NCBI RefSeq assembly: GCF_006345805.1
Contig: NC_043000.1
Coordinates: forward strand, 51,274,001-51,338,000
From: Octopus sinensis
Lineage: Eukaryota
Direction of reading: 5' to 3'
Length of the DNA stretch: 64,000 bases
Position numbers and translations under genes: made by a program. The notes beneath the pieces are model-generated. The model was not told where the DNA came from. It did not search any database and saw only the letters and a list, made by a program, of their open reading frames with translations. Below are positions 54,840 to 64,000 of the stretch, in pieces. Each line of letters begins with the position of its first letter. Within the stretch, counting starts at the first letter, position 1.

Positions 54840-55239
54840 ATATATAAATATATGTGTGTGTATATAGGCATGTGTGCATATATGTATATATCAGTTGTTC
54901 ACAATTCAGGAATAATTTACACTCTAAAAGAAATTTTAAGCAATTATATTTCATGTAACCAGTCAGAAAGTTACCAATGGTTTCACACCTACAATTGCAC
55001 TTGGCAATATGGATGGCTCATGAGACCTACAAGCTGGAAGCACATAGTCTTTCTATGAATGACTGTATATTTACCTCCATTAGCAGAGAGGCTGTGTACT
55101 TCTGTCCAGCTACCTATAATACCAAGTGTAATAGTAGACATGAAACCAGTGGTAACCTTCTGACTGGATATATGCCATAACCAGGAACATACTTCTCAGC
55201 CACATCATACACACACACATAAATACATACATATGTGTA

Positions 55240-55292
<53 letters not shown>

Positions 55293-55757
55293 ATGTATGT
55301 GTGTATGTATGTATGTATATATATATATATATATTATATATATATATATGTGTGTGTATATATAAATATATGTGTGTGTATATAGGCATGTGTGCATATA
55401 TGTATATATCAGTTGTTCACAATTCAGGAATAATTTACACTCTAAAAGAAATTTTAAGCAATTATATTTCATGTAACCAGTCAGAAAGTTACCAATGGTT
55501 TCACACCTACAATTGCACTTGGCAATATGGATGGCTCATGAGACCTACAAGCTGGAAGTACATAGTCTTTCTATGAATGACTGTATATTTACCTCCATTA
55601 GCAGAGAGGCTGTGTACTTCTGTCCAGCTACCTATAATACCAAGTGTAATAGTAGACATGAAACCAGTGGTAACCTTCTGACTGGATATATGCCATAACC
55701 AGGAACATACTTCTCAGCCACATCATACACACACACATAAATACATACATATGTGTA

Positions 55758-55810
<53 letters not shown>

Positions 55811-55829
55811 ATGTATGTGTGTATGTATG

Positions 55830-55872
<43 letters not shown>
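54784..55872. repeat. Near-identical tandem duplication, period 518 bp
   Basis: Paired ORFs offset by 518 (54977/55495); one C/T difference seen in the unique part (55041 vs 55559). Confidence 0.95.
54959..55167. repeat. Fold-back inverted repeat (MITE-like hairpin); second copy at 55477-55685
   Basis: 46-bp outer arms match at 39/46; 25-bp inner arms (55037-55061 vs 55078-55102) match at 18/25. Confidence 0.85.
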
Positions 55873-55875
<3 letters not shown>

Positions 55876-56030
55876 TTTCTTTCAGTTTCTGTTTGCTACA
55901 AATACTCAAAAAAAAATTTGGTTGATCTGGAGCTATAATAGACGATATTTGTCCAATGTGCAACATGGTGGAATTGAACTTAAAATCATGTGACTGGGAC
56001 GCAAGCTTCTTAGCACAAATCCATGCCAAT
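55871..56030 (-). mobile_element. Family-A SINE 5' half, diverged
   Basis: ggtttctttcagtttctg...gctataatagacga...ggaattgaacttaaaatcatgtg...caagcttcttagcacaaatccatgcc. Confidence 0.65.
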
Positions 56031-59000
56031 GTGTATATATACATACATGTATGTGTGTGTTTGTGTATATATATATATATATATATGTGTATATATACAC
56101 ACACATATATACTCTATACACATGTACACACAAATGTATATATATATATATGAATAACCTTACTGAAGATAAAATAGTTCGATGAAGAGGAATGTTTATA
56201 TATTTTAAGCTTGAAGTTGTTATTACCCTAAGTGCTTACATAATCCCTGACACAAACACTTAAATGCATTCAGAAGCTTAATTCTTTTACCATCTTTCTG
56301 TTGGAAGTGAACTTTGTATTTAGTGTGACTAGCAGTATTTGATTAAATAATTTTACTTGCTATTTGCATATATCAAGTCTAATAAACTTAGCCAGCTCAC
56401 AAGGATGAATGAAATACTTTCCAACAAACCTTACCTTTTCTTTCTTTTCTAATTTTTTCCTATGTTCTTTTTCAGATGCTTGCTGTAATTTAAAATATTT
56501 GTTATATTTCTTTTGCTGTTCTTTCTCTCTCCTCCAGACTGTTTTACTTTATCAAGATTTATTATAAAATGTTCTATAACTATCTTGCTTCTCTTTTTCC
56601 AAATTATATTTTAACAGAAATAATAAAAGCATGTTTTGAAAATGATCTTAACCAATAAACGCTTTTATTGAAAATATTATGAAGCAATTATTTTTCCATT
56701 TATAATTTATTCTTGGAATGATAATTCTCCATAAAATTAATCTTTTGGAAAGAACCATTCGTATGGATTTAAATGTATTTATATTAAACATTAGTTCTAA
56801 GTTTCAAGAATTTATGCTTTTAATGTATTTGTTTTACATTACAGTAATTATTGATGTAACTACAACTAATGCGGATCCATCCCTAATTTTCATGTACACT
56901 GTATCTAAGATGTTTTGTGTAATATACATGCCTATTCAATATACAAGCTCTATTATGACATTTCCTTTATTTTTGATAGTTATATACCCAACCAATTTGA
57001 TGTTCATCCATTCATTTCCCTGAATTTTATCATTTTTTTATTTAACAATTTACACCAAACATTAATTCTTCTTTAGAAAGGAAGAACTTCCTTTTTTTTT
57101 TTCATATTCTTCCCATCTTATTCACGCCTCTATAATTATTCAAAAGTAATATGAAACACTCCAGTCTTCACACCACAAAAACCTTCATTTTGCCAAGTGT
57201 TCTAAATTTATTTTGAATTTGGTGAATAAAACAGCTATGCCTGAGTAAAGAAGAGCTATCATTTTCATCTCCTATTTCTCAATAAGTCATCTCAATGTTT
57301 GGCAATGTTTTCTACATTTGTTAACAGCTTGTAATTATTTAAAAAAAATTTCCCCATGAACTATGACTAGTTTCTCAAAACAAAAAACAAAAAAAGGGCC
57401 CTAGCTTTTTTTTCATGAGTTGTTAGTGTAAAAAATTGCTAACTCAGTCTGTTTCATAGATATACAACATTTGTTACTTTCTGAAATATCAATGAAGAGA
57501 AACTGTTAGACAAAAAAAAAAGAAAAAAAAAACCTTTATTATGTATTATGATTTTATCATGACATTGTAGTGCTCTCAATGGCACTTTTCCAGGATTTTG
57601 CTGTTTCAAATTTTTCTGAAGATTAATTAAGTTGCTTATTTCTCTAGGTCAATAAAAGAATAAAAATTTATGAGAGAGTGGAATTATGCCAGTTTGCACA
57701 ACTGGGCAGTTGTCTGTAAGCTTTAAACTTCATAGTGTGAAGAAAATAAACTAGAAAGATGATATATGCACATTAAATGTTAGATTTGAAAACGGTTGCA
57801 GAATTTCCTGTTTACATTATAAGCAAATATTTATCCAAGTAAACATAGAAAAATAATCCAGATAATAAACAATTCTTAAAGTAATTTTAATTGATAATTT
57901 TCTCCTGGTTGTGTGTAGTGTTAGAAAGAGATTTACTAGCATTTTCTAAACAGTTCTTCTGGCAGATTTCTTCTTTATAAATTTCTTTAGTTATATGCAT
58001 TGTATATTTAATTGTAACTTTGAAACCAAATCAGTCATGTAATGAAGAAGTTCGGTTGTCTGTATTGTTAGAATGTGATTTATAGTGCTTGTAGTGTTTT
58101 GAAGTTGAAAACAGGTATAGTATTTAACTGAACAGATGTCATTGAACAGATACATTATTCTAATTTTTGTCACTTGCAGTTTAATTAACTTTGGATGATT
58201 AACCAACAATACAGAAAGACACCTCACAAATTGTGATATGCGCTGAGAGAGGGAGGGAGGGTGACAGAGAGACAGACAGACGGGACAGACAGAAGAGAGA
58301 GAGAGAGAAATTTTTTTAATGCTATGGAAACAAATGTTAGCAACTATAATGTAAATCAGCCAAGGATAACAAATGATGTAACTTTAATTGAAGTTGTACA
58401 TAGTGCAAAATCAACCCTGTTTATATCAATTCATCTCTCATTGTACCACAAAATCTGTCTAAGAATTAAAACTAAAGTACAATGATTTACAGCCTTACAT
58501 TCAGATTTTCTAAAAAAACATAACTTTACAAAGTATTGAAATACAACCCTCACAAACAACTAAGTAAATGTTAACTGCATGTTTAAACAGGATGAAGGAG
58601 TCACAGAAAATCTTCGATTTACAATGGACATTTATAACTGTTTGGTTAGAAATGCAAGAGAGTTCATAATCTTTGATAGCAGAGAAATGCAATCAATAAG
58701 TTGGAAGCCATATGAATGAAGAACAAGAAGTGGAAGAAATGATATCTTTGCAAATGACTCACTGACATAGCTTAACTGAAGAATAGATCAAGTAACTTCC
58801 AACTTACATGTATGTGTGTGTGCCTGTGTGTGTGTAATAAGTAGTCCAGCATGAAACCTGCAGTTGAAGAGCAGTCTAAAGACAAACAGACAGACATCTT
58901 TGACAACCAGTTATAATGTTACAATAAATCATGTTGCCTGATATCCCTGAAGAATATAGCATAATAAATGGTTTAGAAAAAGACATAGGTTCAATCATAA

Positions 59001-59369
59001 ATGACAATGCTTCAAAATATTTTTATAAATCGTTCAAATTATATCATGGATTTATACAAAAGTGCCCAATTTTTATTTAGACATGTATTTCATGAACGAT
59101 TCAGATTTCTATTGCATTTAGTATAAATAAATAAAAGCAGTTCAAAATAGAAATCCTCAAATATAAAACACTAAATTTAGAAGCTACTTCATTACATTTT
59201 AATCTTCTTTTTGCCTCTCAACCACCCCACCTTCTCTTAGTCTTTCTTTCTGGTTTGTCCGTCTAGATATGTCTACTCAGTTAATTATTTCTCTTTCTTT
59301 CTCCATACAACCCCCCCCACACACACACACACACACCTACAGAAACACATTCATTAGAGTGTTGGTCAA

Positions 59370-59760
59370 AATGTTCTGGCTCTTTACATCCTGAGTTCAA
59401 ATTCTGGCTAAGTCATCTTTGTCTTTCATCCTTCTGGGTTTAATAAAATAATGTGCCAATCGAGTACAAGTGTTGATTTAACCCTTTCGTTACCAATCCA
59501 GCTGAAACCGGCTCTGGCTCTGAGTACAAATGTCTTGTTTCCATAAGTTTTGAATTAAAATCTTCCACCAAACCTTAGTCACAATTTATGTCCCTAACAC
59601 TATCTTAATGATAACCAAGTTATTTTACTAAATGCTTTGTTATATTTAAAATAATTGAAAGAAACACAGAGCATTTCAGAATAAATACAGTAACGAAAGG
59701 GTTAATCAATTAATGTCTCCTGCTAATTTGCAAGCCTTGTATCCAAATTAGAAATTATCT
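59370..59760 (+). mobile_element. Family-B SINE split by a piggyBac MITE
   Basis: cctgagttcaaattctggctaagtc...ctttcatccttctggg...gtgttgatTTAA|...|tcaatt...gccttgtatccaaattagaaatt. Confidence 0.7.
59482..59701. mobile_element. piggyBac-type MITE, 220 bp
   Basis: TTAA|CCCTTTCGTTAC ... GTAACGAAAGGG|TTAA: perfect 12-bp TIR plus TTAA TSD (59478-59481, 59702-59705). Confidence 0.9.
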
Positions 59761-60719
59761 TCATTATCATTTACCTACAGCTTGCATTGAAGGACACTTC
59801 CTTCATTAACTACTTACTGAAGGTTATGACTTCAGCACCTCCTAATATTATTGTTTCATTTAGTAGTGGCATTTAAATTTGATGCTATTATGTAATGTCA
59901 GGATTATTTTGGCCTCCACTTTAGGAAACTTTTCTTTTATCTGTCATTAATGCAGGTACTACAAGGTTGGTACAGCTGTAAACAATTCAACCATGTAGTT
60001 ACTTTCGCTTCTCCCTGATAGTTCTGTGCTCTCAGCTTTCATAAATGGCTGCTTTAAGCTTTTAGATTTCATACAGTCGAAGTCATGAATCTGTGTTGCT
60101 GTTTAAGCAATGTTCCAGTGTGGTACTTTTTTACTAATACTTTTAATAAATGCTTTTAATTAATGTTTTTAAAAACCATGAATGTGTATCTGGGTGTTCA
60201 TTTTGCATGTGCCTGTGCAGATGCATATATATGCACATGTGTACACTCATTGATACACATATGTAAACAGAATTATATATTCATGTATGCAAATATACAT
60301 ACATGTATACATATGCTCATTTGCCAATATATACTCAAACATAGACACACACCCACTCATATTAAGACATATATGAATATACCCTATTAATTAAACATTT
60401 TGAATGTCAGCATACACATGTACATACACACACATATCCTTGTGTGTTTATGTGTGCTTGTGTCTACATCCAAGCAGTTGCTTTTGAAGCTGGTTGATAA
60501 TTCTTCTGAATTGTTCATTCTAAGAAATTTAATCACTGCCTCCTAATTTATTTGATACAAAGAGTCTACCACACCTTGTCTATTCTATAATTATGTTTTG
60601 TCTACCAACACAAATGTAATCACTTTTTCTTTGCAATGTTCTCAGCCAAAGTAATCCTAAGTTTTTTTCTTTTTCTGATACCTTGGACTGTCTGTTCTAC
60701 TGATTGTCATATTATCTGG

Positions 60720-61000
60720 CATTCAAAGTAGGGCTGAAGAATGTAACCCAACCATCACCATTTCACTTCATTATTTCCACATCTCTGTATATATGATATT
60801 TTCACTGTCTTAAGCAATCTCATCTCTTACAAAATCACTTCATTTCATTTCTTTTTAAAATCAAATCAATTGAAGCCTCCTTTACAATTAACCCCATCCA
60901 TGAAGTCAAACTAGAAATTTTGACTAGTAATCATTTTAACAATAAAACAGAACCTCATCAACACATGGGAACCTAGATGGGAACCTAGAACATTTATATG
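60720..61000 (+). mobile_element. Possible Penelope-like RT remnant
   Basis: TSLYI and LEILTSNHFN...HMGT*MGT resemble the Penelope RT motifs xSLYT and LxxNxF...AMGTxMG; heavily decayed. Confidence 0.3.
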
Positions 61001-62880
61001 AATCCAATTCTGTTTCAACTGAGTTATTTCTTCTATCTACAAATAACATCAGAATTTAAAGTAATTTATATTTACTGTCATTAAAATTAGAGTAATTTGC
61101 AAATATATACCAAATGAAAAATGAAAAATTTATTTAAAATATATATTTATTTGTTATTATGCTGTTTTACCTCTTGTAAATCATCTGAATTTATCTGAAA
61201 TTTATATATTTGCATAAATATCAGAACAGATAAATTGAAGTTTTTGCAATCATTCTTAGCACTAAACATTATTATTTCACTTGTTGTTCAGCCTGATATA
61301 AATAATAGCTTAAAGTTTCAGAAATTACATTCATAAATAGAGACATATTTAAACAATATAGATGTTTATGTTCAAACACTGAGATTGTCACTTCAACTGA
61401 TTTTGGACTACGTGACATGAAAGTTTACTTCAAGCTAATGTTGGCAAGTCCCTATGCAAGTGCAAGACCTAGTTTCAGCCTCTAAATTTCCCTCAAATTA
61501 TGCTTTACAACTTTGAATTAAGAAAGAATTCAGTGGAAGAAATGGTCCCATATACTCACACACACACACACACACATGTATATGAAATGAAATGTATGCG
61601 TGCATATTCTTTATGGCTGGGAAACCATTTTTCTGTTAGTATATCTAATTACTATATACATACACATAATCACACAAACATGCTGTACTCATACACACAC
61701 ATGCACACTGGATTTGGGGAGGCTATACTTCTAATAAAATACGTCCACTGGTTGTATTTGATTTTAGTTTTATCATCAATTATTCAGCTAATTCATTAAT
61801 TAATTGTATCTTAGAATGTAGACCCCTGAGATAAACTGAGTATGAAATGAGGGATAACATAATGAAAGTATTTGAAGGGAATATCATTATCATCATTAAT
61901 TTTACAGACTGGGGCAAAAGAACTTTGACAAACCAATAAATAATAAATTAATTGATTAATCATTTCATTAATTTCCCCCATAATTGATAATAATACTGTT
62001 GAGAAATGCAACCAGTTTATGTGTTTTAGTGGCAGCATGACACATCCAGTAGAGCAATATTTGTTTAAACAAAGAAAATTTTGCAAAACACAGGTATGCC
62101 CTAATATTTAATATTTATGCCAATGACAGATTTTTGTAAAATATAATTTAAGTTAGCATATAAAATTAGCATGATGCAAGAATGAGTTTACAAATATACT
62201 TGTTCTTGCACTATCTAATCATAAAATACAGTAAAATGCATCCACTCTCTCTGAAATGAAAGATGCAATGGTAAGCAGCACTAATTGTGGGAATAAATGC
62301 AACACTGATTAATAAATTCTATATATGCTAATGTCTGAATATTTAGACTGTGCATTTAAATAAAGCTGGTTTAGCAAGCACTTTTTTTGAGAATACTGTT
62401 CTTTATTATCAATCATGATCACTTCAGTTTTGTTCTCCTATTAGGCACCAAGAACAGTTACCCTTCATATTTCTACACTTCCATTCCTTAATTCATTTTC
62501 CCCATAGTTATGTTTTGGTGAAAATGCTCTTCTCGTTCTTCACTAACTGACCCTAAATCAACAGTTTAATGGCTGTTGAGGAAATATTCTTTTGTACTGA
62601 TTTTGCAAATTAGCTTCCAGAAGATATAATGTTATTAGCCAGATTTTACAAGGCCTTTTTCAATAGTTTTCTGTAAATTCATGAATAGTTCATTGCCTAT
62701 TAATGTGCTTAAGCACATTAAAGCTACCTGCCTTCAGTTTCTCTTAAGGTAAAGTTGGAACTTCTTTATACATTTGAAAAAGTTGCTTCCCTTAATTAGT
62801 GAAACAAATTGCTTCACCAAATCTATTTTGATATGAAGTGCTGCAAGCAATGAGTTTCCTGATTTTACTGGGGTTCTCTT

Positions 62881-63277
62881 TTTCTCTTTCTCTTTTACTT
62901 GTTTCAGTCATTTTGACTGCGGCCATGCTGGAGCACCGCCTTTAGTCGAGCAAATCGACCCCGGGACTTATTCTTTGTAAGCCCAGTACTTATTCTATCG
63001 GTCTCTTTTGCCGAACCGCTAAGTGACGGGAACGTAAACACACCAGCATTGGTTGTCAAGCAATGCTAGGGGGACAAACACAGACACACACACATACATA
63101 TATATACATATATACGACAGGCTTCTTTCAGTTTCCGTCTACCAAATCCACTCACAAGGCATTGGTCGGCCCGGGGCTATAGCAGAAGACACTTGCCCAA
63201 GATGCCACGCAGTGGGACTGAACCCGGAACCATGTGGTTGGTTAGCAAGCTACTTACCACACAGCCACTCCTGCGCC
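62881..63277 (-). mobile_element. Family-A SINE, full-length and CpG-rich (youngest copy in the window)
   Basis: Complete head to tail, retains many CpGs (gcggcc, tcgacccccgg-type motifs), and has only a short internal (CA)/(TA) tract. Confidence 0.92.
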
Positions 63278-64000
63278 TATTCATGATACTTTAATTTTCC
63301 ACATTGAAATTGGTTCTTTCCAGCATAACACCTTTCTCATTTACTACCTTACTTGACTTGACTGTCCCATAAATACAAGAAATGAAAATGATAAATAAAT
63401 AAAAGAGAGATTTAATGTAACCATACTGTTGGCCAAGCAGTGCAAAAATGACTTTCAAACCTTCACAAATCATCCACTTTTATTCATAATGTTTACACTT
63501 TTTCAGTATCATTTTCATGTTTTCATAAATTTCTTTTAGATGTACTGAGTTGCCATTTGGTACAAAAGCAAACGCATTTCCATTACTCAATAAATAAATA
63601 AATAAAACTGAAATAAATTAAAAACAAATAGATCACATTCAACTGGCTTTTGAACTATCAGTGAAAAGCTGCTATTCATCTGATTCATATTGACATCCCA
63701 TTGCATGTAGCCAATCATTAACACCATGATAGCAATGCCATCTTTCATAGAGAGGAACCACAACTGATCTTTTACTTTATATCAATAGAAACTAAATGTT
63801 GTTCCCAGGTGTAGAAGGTTTTTTTTTTTTTCAGCCTGAATAATTCTTTTGAGGATTTTGGAAAATCCACATCACACACTAAATCATTTCATTCAAACTG
63901 GGTGAAGAGTTTAGGTGTTACCCACTTCCATAACTTTAAAACTTTCACTTTATTTTTTATAGGAAGCAGTTTATATGCTGTGCAACATTTCTCAGCTAAT

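Noticed and set aside
56430-57100. Minus-strand donor-like AG|GTAAGG and Lys/Glu-rich frame
   Set aside because: More likely a decayed LINE (CR1-like endonuclease traces); the frame is closed by stops.
58947-58985. CTGAAGA...GAAA possible decayed hammerhead
   Set aside because: Stem II is poor and there is no stem III or NUH site.

Overview
Very AT-rich, microsatellite-dense eukaryotic DNA. The SINE repertoire points to an octopus (coleoid cephalopod) genome, which is an inference. Only one convincing host coding exon is visible: a 209-nt internal + strand exon (1249-1457) encoding the C-terminal half of a CUB domain, possibly from a SOL-1-like multi-CUB protein. The remaining ~62 kb looks like one giant intron or intergenic DNA. 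It holds two decayed mariners with TIRs, hAT/Charlie and piggyBac MITEs with target-site duplications, and a 5'-truncated R4/Dong-clade LINE sitting in (AAT)n. It also holds Penelope-like remnants, a Helitron-like element, about four SINE/retroposon families (several nested) and many simple repeats. Almost all ORFs in the supplied track are microsatellite artefacts. The best leads are: (i) a clean polypyrimidine-CAG|GTAAGA recursive-splice-type site at 53714/53715; (ii) several minimal hammerhead-ribozyme-like motifs of the Penelope type; (iii) a ~210-bp fold-back hairpin that is itself tandemly duplicated; (iv) three tandem duplications of different ages embedded in TA-rich microsatellites. 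None is proven from sequence alone.
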